Shown piece after piece: positions 47,576-58,539 of a stretch of DNA of 64,000 nucleotides (position 1 is its first letter; every line of letters begins with the position of its first letter). The stretch is taken from contig CANQCR010000003.1 in NCBI GenBank assembly GCA_947589735.1, forward strand, positions 37,324-101,323, given 5' to 3'. Both the position numbers and the translations under genes were made by a program. This stretch comes from an uncultured Bacilli bacterium (GTDB lineage: Bacteria; Bacillota_I; Bacilli_A; RF39; UBA660). A model generated the notes under the pieces. The model did not search any database, was not told where the DNA came from, and saw only the letters and a list, made by a program, of their open reading frames with translations.

Positions 47576-48925
47576 TTATTTTATTTCTAAAATTTTAGTA
47601 TCCAAATGATAAGCATATTCTTTAGAAGTATATCCTTCATCGGTTGATACATTGATAGTTATCATAATATCGTTGCCATCTAAATAAGCATAATATCCAA
47701 ATACATCACCAATTGGTTCTTCCTTATAAAGTATTGTTGTTTCTATTTCTTGATTAATAACTTTATTATTATCGTAATCAATAAGTTTTAATTTATTATC
47801 TTCATTAACTACTAATAATTTATCAAAAGCAAAAATCATATCATAACCTTTATCGATAATTTTTTCACCATTACTATTAATTAAGTAATACTTTTTACCA
47901 TCTTTAATAACATAGGAATTATCTGGTCCTAAATAGACATTATCATACTTAATTGGTAGTATTTCTTTACCCGTTTTAAAATCGATAACACCATATTTAT
48001 CATCAAGGCTAGCTACTATTTTTTCATCTTTAACATTATAAGTTCGATAATCCAAATGATCATCTAAAATAAGTCCTAACTGATTATATTTAAACTTTAA
48101 TTTTTCTGTTCCTCTTAAATCAACATAACCATATTTTTTGGTTTTAGCATCCTTTGCAATGAAGCCAAGATAAGTATCTTCATCTTTAACAGGCATTATT
48201 TCAGATAATGGATCAATAACATTTTGTAAAGCCTGATAATTATATAGATATTTTTCATCACCATCATAAATAACAGCTATATTATCTAGGCAAGAATTAT
48301 AATTAGCAATCTTATCTAGACCACATTTATTATGTTCACACTCATAGACACTGATTAACTCTTCCCCATCATAAAAAGATAGTTCTTTTTCTGTGCTGTT
48401 ATACAAAGCTTTACAAGCTAGAGCTTCTTCACTTAATTTACGTCCATAAGTTTCTTCTACTTTATCACCATCGATTGTACAATCAGATAAATAAGCAGAA
48501 CCATCAATGTTGATATAGATATTGTTACAATTAACCTCATGTTTACCATATTGAACAAGATCTCTAATCTCAGCAAAATCATTAACTAAATCATGTGTCT
48601 CTAAATACTTTTCACTAGCATCTTCAACAGCAGCACCATAATCATTAATTATCTCTTGATTATTACGTGTAGGTTTGGTTTCTTCTTTTACATCTTCTTT
48701 CGTTAAATCAAAATAAAGGAAAGCGCCAATGCCACAAGCAATAACTAAAACGATAAAGCATATTAATAAAGTATGGTGTTTTTTAGGCATCAAATCATCT
48801 AATGATGTTGGTCCTAAATCAGATACATCTATTTCTTTAGGTAATTCTTCACCGACTTTAGCGCCACAATTTTCACAAAAAACAGAATCTGGTGGAAGTT
48901 CCTCACCGCATTTTAAACACTTCAT
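47576..48925 (-). CDS. Zinc-ribbon / TM / WG-repeat-like extracellular protein
   Basis: N-terminal CxxC...CxxC ribbon; one TM; repeated ...YG(V/Y)(I/V)D... beta-repeat motifs. Confidence 0.55.
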   Translation of the reverse strand: MKCLKCGEELPPDSVFCENCGAKVGEELPKEIDVSDLGPTSLDDLMPKKHHTLLICFIVLVIACGIGAFLYFDLTKEDVKEETKPTRNNQEIINDYGAAVEDASEKYLETHDLVNDFAEIRDLVQYGKHEVNCNNIYINIDGSAYLSDCTIDGDKVEETYGRKLSEEALACKALYNSTEKELSFYDGEELISVYECEHNKCGLDKIANYNSCLDNIAVIYDGDEKYLYNYQALQNVIDPLSEIMPVKDEDTYLGFIAKDAKTKKYGYVDLRGTEKLKFKYNQLGLILDDHLDYRTYNVKDEKIVASLDDKYGVIDFKTGKEILPIKYDNVYLGPDNSYVIKDGKKYYLINSNGEKIIDKGYDMIFAFDKLLVVNEDNKLKLIDYDNNKVINQEIETTILYKEEPIGDVFGYYAYLDGNDIMITINVSTDEGYTSKEYAYHLDTKILEIK

Positions 48926-48986
48926 AAGCCACCTCTATTATTAATTATAATACATTTATTGCCATTTGAAAAGATGATTTAAAACC

Positions 48987-49688
48987 TTATTCAAATGTTC
49001 TTGGCGTATTATCAAAATCTTTATCCATCAAAAATTCATGGATGATTTCTTCTTCATTTTCAACCGCTATTTCTTCAATCCGATCCACTCTTAATTTTTC
49101 ACTTACTAAAATTGCTTCTACTTTCTTAACCGCCTCATCAAGGTCATCATTAACAACGACATAATTATAGTTATTAACTTGATTTATTTCTTGATAAGCT
49201 CGTTTAAATCTTTTAATAATTTGCTCATTATTCTCATCGCCACGCATCTTAATGCGTCTTTTAACTTCTTCCATACTAGGCGCCATAATAAAAATTAAGA
49301 TTGTCTCAGGAAACTTTTCTTTTATCTGTTTTGCGCCTTCCACATCAATCTCTAAGATGACATCTTTGCCACTTTCAAGTTTTTTAATAACTTCCTTTTT
49401 AGGAGTTCCATAATAATCTCCATAATGAACTTTAGCGTATTCTAAGAAGTCTCCCTTAGCTATTTTTTCTTCAAACTCTTTTTTAGTTACAAAATAATAG
49501 TCAACGCCATCAATTTCTGATTCTCTTTTGGGCCTTGATGTATAAGAAATTGATAAGACGATATCATTATGTAAAGAAAGTAGTTTCTTAATAACGGTTC
49601 CCTTTCCCGCACAGGTTGTTCCTGATATGATAATAAGTGATCCTTGACTTTTCGTTTTAATCATTTTGTTCCTCCATTTCTCTTTCAA
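48987..49688 (-). CDS. gmk: Guanylate kinase with a C-terminal extension
   Basis: P-loop GTTCAGKGT and SYTSRPKRESEIDGVDYYFV. Confidence 0.8.
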   Translation of the reverse strand: MKEKWRNKMIKTKSQGSLIIISGTTCAGKGTVIKKLLSLHNDIVLSISYTSRPKRESEIDGVDYYFVTKKEFEEKIAKGDFLEYAKVHYGDYYGTPKKEVIKKLESGKDVILEIDVEGAKQIKEKFPETILIFIMAPSMEEVKRRIKMRGDENNEQIIKRFKRAYQEINQVNNYNYVVVNDDLDEAVKKVEAILVSEKLRVDRIEEIAVENEEEIIHEFLMDKDFDNTPRTFE

Positions 49689-50064
49689 TCCATGTCATAA
49701 TAATGGTTACAATATAGTCAATATCCTTTGGGCTTAATTCTTTTTCCTTACTTATATGGTGCCACTTCTCTAAACAGCCCCGGCAACACGTCGCTGTCGC
49801 ATGTTGAGCCACGAATACAGGGTGCCCCCGCATTGGTGTTTGATGACCATCTTTAGGATTATTTAAAGGAGCTAGTCGCATTTTAATAAAATCATAGGCA
49901 TGCTCTTTTATTTTATCTAAACCTTTCTCACCAATATAATCCAAATCTTTCTTGGTCAAATGAAAGTGGCTTCGAAAAGATGATGTGGATAATTGCTTTA
50001 ATTTTTGATTAATTACCAAACTCATAAAATACCTACTTAAAATAAAAGGCAAAGATAAGGCCAC
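49657..50064 (-). CDS. DUF4186-like conserved hypothetical protein
   Basis: HPVFVAQHATATCCRGCLEKWH motif. Confidence 0.55.
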   Translation of the reverse strand: MALSLPFILSRYFMSLVINQKLKQLSTSSFRSHFHLTKKDLDYIGEKGLDKIKEHAYDFIKMRLAPLNNPKDGHQTPMRGHPVFVAQHATATCCRGCLEKWHHISKEKELSPKDIDYIVTIIMTWIEREMEEQND

Positions 50065-50590
50065 ATAAAGCCCCTAACAGATGTGATGAATGTGATACAT
50101 TATCATTCTTGGTGAGACCATTTAAGATTTCATTGACAATATAAAATAAGAAAATCAAAATAAGAGTTATCGGTATTTTTCCCGCTTGTAAATTAACGGC
50201 CGAACTTAAAACGATTAACATATAAACAATATCGCTTGCTCCTAAAATACGGTTACGTGTAAAAATAATATTGATAAGACCGACGACAACAGCTGTTATT
50301 AAGATCATAATCAAAAGATTAAGGCTTCCATACTTTTCTTCAATCATCGGTCCAATTAAAAGAATATAAAGAAAATTATTCATAAAATGTTGATAATTAG
50401 AATGCCCCAAAATATGGGTAACTAAACGCAAATAAGTCAAGGGATTTAAAAGTTTAGAACGTTGACAACTAAAAAGAAGACGATTCGCCTTGCCTTTGGT
50501 GATAAAGTTTAAAAGAAAAGCGAAAAGTGAGATAAAGAAAAAAGATAAGATAACAACAGAATTATAGCTTAAACTATTAATAATATCCAT
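50033..50590 (-). CDS. Rhomboid family intramembrane serine protease
   Basis: 6 TM helices; GASD serine motif; TM His (HLLGALCG). Confidence 0.7.
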   Translation of the reverse strand: MDIINSLSYNSVVILSFFFISLFAFLLNFITKGKANRLLFSCQRSKLLNPLTYLRLVTHILGHSNYQHFMNNFLYILLIGPMIEEKYGSLNLLIMILITAVVVGLINIIFTRNRILGASDIVYMLIVLSSAVNLQAGKIPITLILIFLFYIVNEILNGLTKNDNVSHSSHLLGALCGLIFAFYFK

Positions 50591-50943
50591 TAAGATGTTT
50601 CCTCATTAATCCAATTAAGATATTCCCTACTTGTGGATGAAATATCCCAAGTAGCAAACTCAAAGCACTCATAACTGTGCATTTCTTTTATAACATTATA
50701 AATATCATTAACTAAATCTTTCCTCGTTTTAAAAAAGACTAAATACTCTAAACTTTCTTCTAAATTATGATGCCAATGCCAACTACTTTGACTGACAACC
50801 TTTTGAGCAGAACTGACTAATTTTAAATCAAGAAGTTTTAAAATAGTCTCTTTAGCTTCTTCCTCGCTATTAAATGCTACTTCAATCATAGAGTTCATAC
50901 TATCACCTAATTTAATGATAGACCACTTTTCTAATTTCGTCAA
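50590..50943 (-). CDS. CutA1 divalent-cation tolerance family protein
   Basis: CutA-like core (WHWH..E...FKT....YECFE). The start may be the internal Met. Confidence 0.55.
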   Translation of the reverse strand: MTKLEKWSIIKLGDSMNSMIEVAFNSEEEAKETILKLLDLKLVSSAQKVVSQSSWHWHHNLEESLEYLVFFKTRKDLVNDIYNVIKEMHSYECFEFATWDISSTSREYLNWINEETS

Positions 50944-50958
50944 TGTAAAAAAGAAGTA

Positions 50959-51429
50959 TCATTTTACATATTGATACTTCTTTTGATCTCGAAGATAATT
51001 AAGGCAATTAAAATAAAGTTCTACAAAAGCTGTAACGATATCATCATTACTACTATCGTTAATACGAAAGCGCACCCTACTTTCCGTAACATTTAAAGTG
51101 TCATCCATATTTGACGTAAGTTTAACTATAAAACTATCGTCACTTTTATCGATATCAAGATAGTTAACATCCTCGGTTAATCCTTCATCACTAATCCATC
51201 TAAAATGCTGGCCGTCAAAATTGGCACTACCAACACTACTTGTTGCATTAATCATCATAAATAAATGCATCATTTTATCAAAGAGAAAAGAATCGTCTTT
51301 CGTAACTATAAATATTGCATCACTACTACTTACGCGCCAGAAAAAATCTTTAGCTCCATATTCCATTGTTAATTCTATTCCATCATCATTTACTAAGACA
51401 ACAGCTAGATCACGTTTTAATAGTTGCAT
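50959..51429 (-). CDS. Hypothetical protein
   Basis: 156-aa ORF. Confidence 0.45.
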   Translation of the reverse strand: MQLLKRDLAVVLVNDDGIELTMEYGAKDFFWRVSSSDAIFIVTKDDSFLFDKMMHLFMMINATSSVGSANFDGQHFRWISDEGLTEDVNYLDIDKSDDSFIVKLTSNMDDTLNVTESRVRFRINDSSNDDIVTAFVELYFNCLNYLRDQKKYQYVK

Positions 51430-51648
51430 AAGTCACCTCTAAATATTTAACAAGTATTTTACGATATAATTATCTTTTTGTCTATATCATTATAAGCATT
51501 AATAAGATAAATATGCATATATAAGTAGTTTAAAAAGTCTAATATGTTTTATAAGAATATATTTATGATATAATTATATTGATGGACTTAATAAATATGA
51601 AAAAAATGACAATTCATAAGACTAGACCGTTACTAAGAAGGTGAAAAC

Positions 51649-54285
51649 ATGAATAAATACTTATTTTCAGTAGTAATTCCAATATATAATTGTGAGAAAT
51701 ATTTAGATGAAACAATTAATAGTATTGTAAAACAAACTATAGGATTTAAAAATATTGAGTTAATATTAGTTAATGATGGATCAACGGATAATAGTGAACA
51801 AATATGTTTAAAATATAAAAATAAATACAAGAACATAATTTATATAAAGCAAGAAAACGCTGGTGTAGCAGAAGCCCGCAACAAAGGATTAGAAATCGCC
51901 TCTGGAGAATTAATTAATTTCTTAGATAGCGATGATAAATGGTCTTTAAATACATTAAAAATAGTTTATGACAATTATTTAAAACATAAAGATGTACATA
52001 TATTTAGTACTAAGATGTTCTTTTTTGATTATCAAAAAGGAAACCATATATTAAATTACAAATATAAAGAAGATAAAATAGTTGATATTAGAAAAGACTA
52101 TAAATACATTCAATTAAGTACATGCTCATGTTTTATAACTAAAGATGTTATAAAACAATATCAATATGATTCAAAAATAAAATATGAAGAAGATACCAGA
52201 TTGATAAATGAAATATTAATTAAAGAACATCAAATGATGGTTTTATCAAAACCTGTCTATTACTATCGTTGCAGGAAAAATCAAAGTTCTGCTAGTCAAA
52301 ATCCTTTGGCGAATAAATCTTGGTATACCATAACACCATACAAAGTATTTAATTATTTATTTGAAAAATCGAAAAAAGAATTTGGATATGTTTTAGATTA
52401 TTTTAAATATCTAATCGCTTATGATATTGAGCGGAGAATAGCATCGACATCTAATAATGAATTATTAACAAAAAAAGAACAAGAAAATTATATAAAATGT
52501 ATTAGTAATTTTATAGAAGAAATAGATTTTAAATTTTTTAAGGAGCAAAAGAAAATTTCTCCATTACATTTAATGTATATTTATAAAATTAAGTATAATG
52601 AAGATTATTCATCATTACTTTCAATTGAAAATAATAAAATTATCTGTAATTTAATAAAAAATCATGATAATACAATAGATTTAATTCACATAGATGATAT
52701 ATATATAGAAGAAAGTATCTTACAAATAATAGGACGTATAAATCAAAATTTATGTAAAAAAGAAAAAATTGGATTCATTGCAGATGGTAAAAACCAAAAA
52801 ATAGAATATTATAAATTACATAGTAACTATGATGAAGTATCATATCGTAATGAAAAAATTACTGACTATATAGGTATAAATATTAAAGTTGATATTAATA
52901 AAATACACGAATTTGGTTTTATCTATAGTAAAGATAATAATTTCTTAAGTTTAGTATTTTCAAATCGGTGCAACCTAACCAATCTACTAAAGGGAAGCTA
53001 TTATTTATATAAAGATAAAATGGTAACTTTAGATAAAGGAAGATTTATCATAAGAAAAAGAAGTATTTTTAAATGTATTCAACGAGAATTTAAAAATATT
53101 GCTGGTTTAATTAAAAATAGAAAAATTAGACAATTAGCTATTAGAATGTTAATATTATCTAGTAAGCCATTTGCTCCTAAAAATATTTGGTTATTATCAG
53201 ATAGAGTTAATGTAGCAGATGATAATGCTGAACATTTATTTAAATATATAAATGAATATCATAAAAAAGAAATTAATGCTTATTATGTAATTTCTAAAGA
53301 TTGTAAAGATTTTGAACGAATGAAACAATATGGTAAAGTAATTGATAACAGCTCTCTCAAATATAAATTTTTATTTTTTAATTCTAAATTTATAATTTCA
53401 TCACATGCTGAAACATATATTACTAATCTATTTGGTAAAAAAAACCAATATTACAAAGATTTATTCAAATTTAAATATGTCTTTTTACAACATGGAATAA
53501 CAAAAGATGATATATCTTCATGGTTAAATCCAAATACTAAACATATTGATATGTTTGTTTCAGCTACTCAGAAAGAATATGAATCATTATGTACTTATGG
53601 CTATAATAAAAATGTTATTAAATTAACAGGATTTCCTAGATATGATAGTTTGATTAATAAACAAATGCAGTATGATTTACATAATACTATTATGATATCA
53701 TTTACTTGGAGAAATACCTTTGCTAGTAAAATAGATAAAATAACGGGTAAGAGAGTATATAATAATCAATTTAAAAATACAGATTATTATAAATGGATTA
53801 ATGGTTTATTAAATGACAAAAAACTTCATGAAGTATTAAAAAAATATAATTATAAATTAAGATTTATACCTCATCCAAATGTATTACCACAAATTAAAGA
53901 TTTTGATTTGAATGAATTTGTTGAAATTGCCGATGGCGGAATAAATTATCAAAAAGAGTTTTGTGAAAATAAGCTACTTATAACTGATTACTCAAGTGTA
54001 TTCTTTGACTTTGCTTATTTAAAGAAACCAATTATATATTTTCAACCAGATAGAAAAGCATTTTATGAGGGTCAAATATATAATAAAGGATATTTTGATT
54101 ATGAAACAATGGGGTTTGGACCTTGCTGTACAGATTATGATACATTCATAAAAAAATTAATCAATTTAATAGAAAATGATTGTAAAAATCCCCCAAAATA
54201 TATTGAAAGAATAGAAAAAACATTTAAGTATACAGATCATAATAATTGTAAAAGAGTATATGAAGAAATATTGAAATTGGAATAG
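51649..54285 (+). CDS. Bifunctional GT2 glycosyltransferase / CDP-glycerol glycerophosphotransferase (TagB/TagF-like) teichoic-acid biosynthesis protein
   Basis: N-terminal GT-A (VVIPIYNCEKYL...VNDGSTDNS...DSDD); C-terminal TagF-like domain. Confidence 0.75.
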   Translation: MNKYLFSVVIPIYNCEKYLDETINSIVKQTIGFKNIELILVNDGSTDNSEQICLKYKNKYKNIIYIKQENAGVAEARNKGLEIASGELINFLDSDDKWSLNTLKIVYDNYLKHKDVHIFSTKMFFFDYQKGNHILNYKYKEDKIVDIRKDYKYIQLSTCSCFITKDVIKQYQYDSKIKYEEDTRLINEILIKEHQMMVLSKPVYYYRCRKNQSSASQNPLANKSWYTITPYKVFNYLFEKSKKEFGYVLDYFKYLIAYDIERRIASTSNNELLTKKEQENYIKCISNFIEEIDFKFFKEQKKISPLHLMYIYKIKYNEDYSSLLSIENNKIICNLIKNHDNTIDLIHIDDIYIEESILQIIGRINQNLCKKEKIGFIADGKNQKIEYYKLHSNYDEVSYRNEKITDYIGINIKVDINKIHEFGFIYSKDNNFLSLVFSNRCNLTNLLKGSYYLYKDKMVTLDKGRFIIRKRSIFKCIQREFKNIAGLIKNRKIRQLAIRMLILSSKPFAPKNIWLLSDRVNVADDNAEHLFKYINEYHKKEINAYYVISKDCKDFERMKQYGKVIDNSSLKYKFLFFNSKFIISSHAETYITNLFGKKNQYYKDLFKFKYVFLQHGITKDDISSWLNPNTKHIDMFVSATQKEYESLCTYGYNKNVIKLTGFPRYDSLINKQMQYDLHNTIMISFTWRNTFASKIDKITGKRVYNNQFKNTDYYKWINGLLNDKKLHEVLKKYNYKLRFIPHPNVLPQIKDFDLNEFVEIADGGINYQKEFCENKLLITDYSSVFFDFAYLKKPIIYFQPDRKAFYEGQIYNKGYFDYETMGFGPCCTDYDTFIKKLINLIENDCKNPPKYIERIEKTFKYTDHNNCKRVYEEILKLE

Positions 54286-54298
54286 TGAGGTAAAGAAT

Positions 54299-55252
54299 AT
54301 GAAAATCAGTATAATAGTACCTGTTTATAATACATCAGAATATTTAAAAGAATGTTTAAACTCACTAGTAGATCAAACCATCCAAGATTACGAAGTTATT
54401 GTTATTGATGATGGTTCTACAGATGATAGTCTTAAAATAATAAAAGAATATTATGAACATTATCCTAAAATTATAAAATATAAATCTATTAAAAATAGTG
54501 GCGTTTCACATGCTAGAAATGTAGGACTTAGTATGGCAAAAGGCGAATATGTAGGTTTTGTTGATAGCGATGATTATATTGATAAAGATATGTATTTAAA
54601 ATTATATAATAAAGCTAAAGAAGAAAAGGCCGAAATAGCACTTTGTGGATATTATAAATTAAAAAATAAAAAACTAGAGCCTGCTAAAATAAAAGAAAAC
54701 AAAGAATTTGAAAATAGTGTTAAAAACAATCCCAAAATACTAAAATATTCATCACCATTTGCTGCAGTTCATTTGTTTAAAAAGAAATTAATAGATAATA
54801 ATAAAATAATTTTTGAAGACTATAAAATATTTGAAGATTTATTATTTACATATAAAGCATATAAACATGCAAATAAAATAGTTAAAGTATTTGAACCTTT
54901 ATATTATTATAGAATAAGAGACAATGGGTCATCAGCTACCCAAGGCTTTTCTAAAAACTATACTCAACTATTTACCATTATGAATGAATTAAAAGAATAT
55001 TATGGTGATTATATCCCTCAAGAATATTTAACATATATTGCTTTAAAACATATATTTATAAGATTTCGAACGAAAACAACTTTAAAACAATTTGTGACTA
55101 AATATAAATTTGTAAATAAAGCATTTAAATTCTTAAATAGTTTTGATAGTAACTGGAAAAATAATTCTTATTTTGATAGGCATCGTAAAAGTAAACATTT
55201 TTATACTTTGTACTGGGTTATTATTCCAATGAAAGTTGGAACCACTAAATAA
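54299..55252 (+). CDS. GT2 family glycosyltransferase
   Basis: IIVPVYNTSEYL...IDDGSTDDS...DSDD. Confidence 0.8.
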   Translation: MKISIIVPVYNTSEYLKECLNSLVDQTIQDYEVIVIDDGSTDDSLKIIKEYYEHYPKIIKYKSIKNSGVSHARNVGLSMAKGEYVGFVDSDDYIDKDMYLKLYNKAKEEKAEIALCGYYKLKNKKLEPAKIKENKEFENSVKNNPKILKYSSPFAAVHLFKKKLIDNNKIIFEDYKIFEDLLFTYKAYKHANKIVKVFEPLYYYRIRDNGSSATQGFSKNYTQLFTIMNELKEYYGDYIPQEYLTYIALKHIFIRFRTKTTLKQFVTKYKFVNKAFKFLNSFDSNWKNNSYFDRHRKSKHFYTLYWVIIPMKVGTTK

Positions 55253-55278
55253 ATATTATTTTATGGCATCAAAAAAAT

Positions 55279-55304
55279 CTAACTAGAAATAGTTAGTTTT
55301 TTTT
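55279..55304 (+). terminator. Rho-independent terminator (bidirectional) after the GT2 operon
   Basis: CTAACTA-GAAA-TAGTTAG hairpin followed by T8, with A7 upstream. Confidence 0.7.
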
Positions 55305-55397
55305 ATTACAAATAGAAGTTGAACTACTTATCAAAATAATAGTGATTAAGAAACTAAATCTATAGATATTTTATAAAAAATAAGAGGTAAATAAGAG

Positions 55398-55431
55398 GTT
55401 AAAAATAAAAGTCCTTATAAAATAAGGACTT
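55398..55431 (-). terminator. Terminator after tRNA-Met
   Basis: 10-bp stem AAGTCCTTAT/ATAAGGACTT followed on the minus strand by TTTATTTTT. Confidence 0.6.
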
Positions 55432-55440
55432 AATATACAT

Positions 55441-55517
55441 TGGTAGCGACGGGGAGATTCGAACTCTCGACACTATGGGTATGAACCATATGCTCTAGCC
55501 AACTGAGCTACATCGCC
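55441..55517 (-). tRNA. tRNA-Met (CAT), elongator-type
   Basis: Cloverleaf with anticodon loop TTCATAC; resembles B. subtilis elongator tRNA-Met; CCA encoded. tRNA-Ile2 (lysidine) cannot be excluded. Confidence 0.7.
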
Positions 55518-55560
55518 ATAAAAAGTAAGCAATATAAATATATCATATTTACTTACTTTT
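55518..55560 (-). terminator. Terminator of the thioredoxin-like lipoprotein gene
   Basis: AAAAGTAAG...CTTACTTTT stem followed by TTTTTAT. Confidence 0.45.
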
Positions 55561-55572
55561 AGCAAGTACTTT

Positions 55573-56118
55573 TTACTTTTTTTGGTTTTTTGCTCGGCAA
55601 GCTGAAACATCGCCACTTATCTTAACAGTATTAACAACATCACAACTATCAAATGTTGAATAATATTCAAATAGATTAATCAATTCCTCGCTATCTGCTG
55701 CTGCATAGCCAATCCGATAATCATTACCAATAATTGTTAGAGGAACAAATTCTGAATCAATTTCCATCTTATTTTTAACTAACTCATAAAAGGTTATATT
55801 AGCTGATGCTTCATACTTCTCAATTTTAAGATAAGGATAAGTTGTTCCTAGGGTATCTAACCATTCAATTTCTTCATGACAATGTGAACAGGTTGCACTA
55901 TAAAATAAATATAGAGTGACCGGGTTTTTACCAACATCAGATTCAGCATATTCGTAAGTATCGCTACTCATGTTGCTATTTTCTTCAGTCATTTGCTCAT
56001 TACTATTAGTTTCACTATTAAGATTACTATCACGATTATTTTCGTTATTAGCATCTTTGCCACAACCCACTAATAGAGTTAAAGTAAGAAGAATAAGTAA
56101 TTTTTTCATAATAATCAC
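55573..56118 (-). CDS. Thioredoxin-fold lipoprotein (CxxC thiol-disulfide oxidoreductase-like)
   Basis: Lipobox LLVGC; CSHC motif. Confidence 0.65.
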   Translation of the reverse strand: MIIMKKLLILLTLTLLVGCGKDANNENNRDSNLNSETNSNEQMTEENSNMSSDTYEYAESDVGKNPVTLYLFYSATCSHCHEEIEWLDTLGTTYPYLKIEKYEASANITFYELVKNKMEIDSEFVPLTIIGNDYRIGYAAADSEELINLFEYYSTFDSCDVVNTVKISGDVSACRAKNQKK

Positions 56119-56124
56119 ACTCCA

Positions 56125-56505
56125 TTAAAATATTTTGGGAATAAAAATAATAAACCCGCCGATAAGAGATACTAGACATAGGATTAAACTGGCGGTGGAT
56201 GCCGTATCCTTTGCTATTTTAGCTAAAGGATGGGTTTCTAATGTTATAAGATCAATAGTAGCTTCAAGCGCTGTATTAATCATTTCCATACTAGTAACAC
56301 TTCCAATAGCAAATAAAATGAATAACCATTCATAAGCACATATATTATAATAAAATCCCGCTGAAATGACAAGAATAGTTGCGATAAGCATAATAATCAT
56401 ATTATGCTCATATCTTAAACTATATAAAAATCCAGAACAGGCGTGACCAAAACTCTTAACATAACGGACAATAAAATTGCCTTGATCTTTGCGTCGATTT
56501 TCCAT
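56125..56505 (-). CDS. dgkA: Diacylglycerol/undecaprenol kinase (DgkA family)
   Basis: 3 TM helices; EMINTALEATIDL motif. Confidence 0.65.
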   Translation of the reverse strand: MENRRKDQGNFIVRYVKSFGHACSGFLYSLRYEHNMIIMLIATILVISAGFYYNICAYEWLFILFAIGSVTSMEMINTALEATIDLITLETHPLAKIAKDTASTASLILCLVSLIGGFIIFIPKIF

Positions 56506-56542
56506 ATATCTTTCTCCTTTAAATTAAAATGTAAGATAATTC

Positions 56543-58471
56543 TTACATTTTTAATCTATTAATCACACCATTAGATGGTCCACTTACAAAATCTTCACCC
56601 TCAAGATGTGAAATTGTACCATTATATTTAATATCTTCTAAAGAGGGCTCATCATTAAGATTATCGTCCATCTTATCAGACATTTCATTTTCTTTTTCAG
56701 CTACAATTTCTTTGATAAAGTCTACCCTTGCCTTTTGTGTTTTTATTTCATCAGCTATCCGAAGCGTAGAATTAAGCATATTCTTTAGTTTCTGTAAAAT
56801 AAAAGGCCGGTCGGTTTGTGAGACTTGTTCTATCGTAACTAAAAAACTATTATGATAACTTCTAAACCGTTCTGCAATTTGACTGATATCCGTTAAAGTA
56901 TCTTGAACTGTACTTATAAACTCCGCCGGATATCCAGCATCAATATTAAGGATACTTTCATAAAGTTGGGGTGTAAAATCAGTACGTAAAACTGATAAAT
57001 CATTCATAATTTGACTAAAGTTATCTTGAATCTCTTGAATTAAATCTTGGATATCATCCTTTACTTTTGATGCTTTAGGTAAGATCTCACCTACATCAGG
57101 TTCTAAATCACCTAGATTAGGTGCGGTGGTATCATCCTCTTTAGCGATATCAGGTTTTTCTTGACTATTTAAAACCTTATCTAAAGGCATATGATACTTT
57201 GCTTCGATCGTATCTAAAGTAGCGATAATTTTTCTTCTACAAATACTTTTGAAAGAATTATCTGTAACAAAAGAATTAATATTTTTAGGAACGTTATCAT
57301 TATCCCAAGTTGGATCATCATCTGGTTGATTAGTCGTTATAAAACGTGCGGATAATCTTTCTTTTCTTTGAACATCAGGGATTGCCATTAATGGTCTTGC
57401 TTTTGCTATATTATTTTGAAGGGAACTAGCATCCCGTTGATAACTTTCAATCGTTATCGGAATGATATAACCATTATGAATTGTTCTAGCATCAATTGTT
57501 GTCTGATCAAAAGGTGCCCAAGAATCGTCTAGTTCTACAGTTGGATAACCAAACTTAGCCAAAAAGGCTGCTTTATAAGCGTTCCATGTCCATGTTGTAT
57601 CACTAACAATGGTTCTTGCCTTAGAACTAACTCCTTCTAATTCTCCGATTAGTTTCTTTCGATATTCTCTAACAGCTCGATCTAAATATAAGAAACGTTC
57701 TTCCTCGGTTAAAACATCAACTTTAACTTTATCCTCTTTTAAGTATTTACGAAATAAACTATTAATCTCTGGAACATCTTGTTTCGTAATGCGATATTCT
57801 TCAACAAAATATTTTGTCTCACCAGCATCATTAATACCCGCTTTAGCAACTGTTAAAAAGACATTACCATCTAATCCAGCAGCGGTAAGTTTTTTATTAT
57901 TTTTACGAATAATTAATTTAGAAACTGATGCTACCTCATAAAAAGAGTTTATAACATATGGACTATCACAGTGACTAAACTCCGCTTTTCTAGCTTGAAT
58001 AAAAGCTTCTCCATCATATAAACGTTTAAACTCACTAATAAGTGATGGTGGGAGTAAGTTTTGAATATGAGAGTAACGATTTAAACGATTATCCAAACTT
58101 GTAAGCTCAATTTGTTTTAAACTGATCTTAACCCCGTTATGCATAGCTTGTTCATATTCTTGGCTAGCCCACAAACCACCATTTTCATCTTCATAATATG
58201 TTATTTCATCAATGGAAGCAGCATCTTTTTTACAGATAAAAGAGCCATTATCATAATAATAAGCATTAACACCGACAAGCATATCACCAAGCTGTTGTTG
58301 AAGCTTAGATGGTGTATATCCAGCTTTTAAGATTTCATAAACTTTGTGCTTATCCAAGTGTAGGTTATCTTTTGTTATAAAACCTTGGCTTAATAACCCG
58401 TCAAACTCTTGTTCACTAATGTCATAGACAGATACACTATCATTGGTCATTAATACTACCACTTTAATCAC
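56543..58471 (-). CDS. Hypothetical 642-aa protein
   Basis: ORF only. Confidence 0.5.
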   Translation of the reverse strand: MIKVVVLMTNDSVSVYDISEQEFDGLLSQGFITKDNLHLDKHKVYEILKAGYTPSKLQQQLGDMLVGVNAYYYDNGSFICKKDAASIDEITYYEDENGGLWASQEYEQAMHNGVKISLKQIELTSLDNRLNRYSHIQNLLPPSLISEFKRLYDGEAFIQARKAEFSHCDSPYVINSFYEVASVSKLIIRKNNKKLTAAGLDGNVFLTVAKAGINDAGETKYFVEEYRITKQDVPEINSLFRKYLKEDKVKVDVLTEEERFLYLDRAVREYRKKLIGELEGVSSKARTIVSDTTWTWNAYKAAFLAKFGYPTVELDDSWAPFDQTTIDARTIHNGYIIPITIESYQRDASSLQNNIAKARPLMAIPDVQRKERLSARFITTNQPDDDPTWDNDNVPKNINSFVTDNSFKSICRRKIIATLDTIEAKYHMPLDKVLNSQEKPDIAKEDDTTAPNLGDLEPDVGEILPKASKVKDDIQDLIQEIQDNFSQIMNDLSVLRTDFTPQLYESILNIDAGYPAEFISTVQDTLTDISQIAERFRSYHNSFLVTIEQVSQTDRPFILQKLKNMLNSTLRIADEIKTQKARVDFIKEIVAEKENEMSDKMDDNLNDEPSLEDIKYNGTISHLEGEDFVSGPSNGVINRLKM

Positions 58472-58539
58472 TCCTAGTATTCTATATATAGGATACCATA
58501 TTTAACAACTTTTTTCAATTAAACCAAAAAAAAGATGAC

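Noticed and set aside
47576-48925. Possibility that the zinc-ribbon/WG-repeat protein is a toxin or novel system component
   Set aside because: The architecture (zinc ribbon, TM, beta-repeat ectodomain) is a common uncharacterised surface-protein type. Nothing in the context suggests a system.
55381-55402. Tandem ATAAGAGGT(A/T)AA duplication
   Set aside because: A single 11-bp duplication in an intergenic spacer with no further copies. Probably replication slippage.
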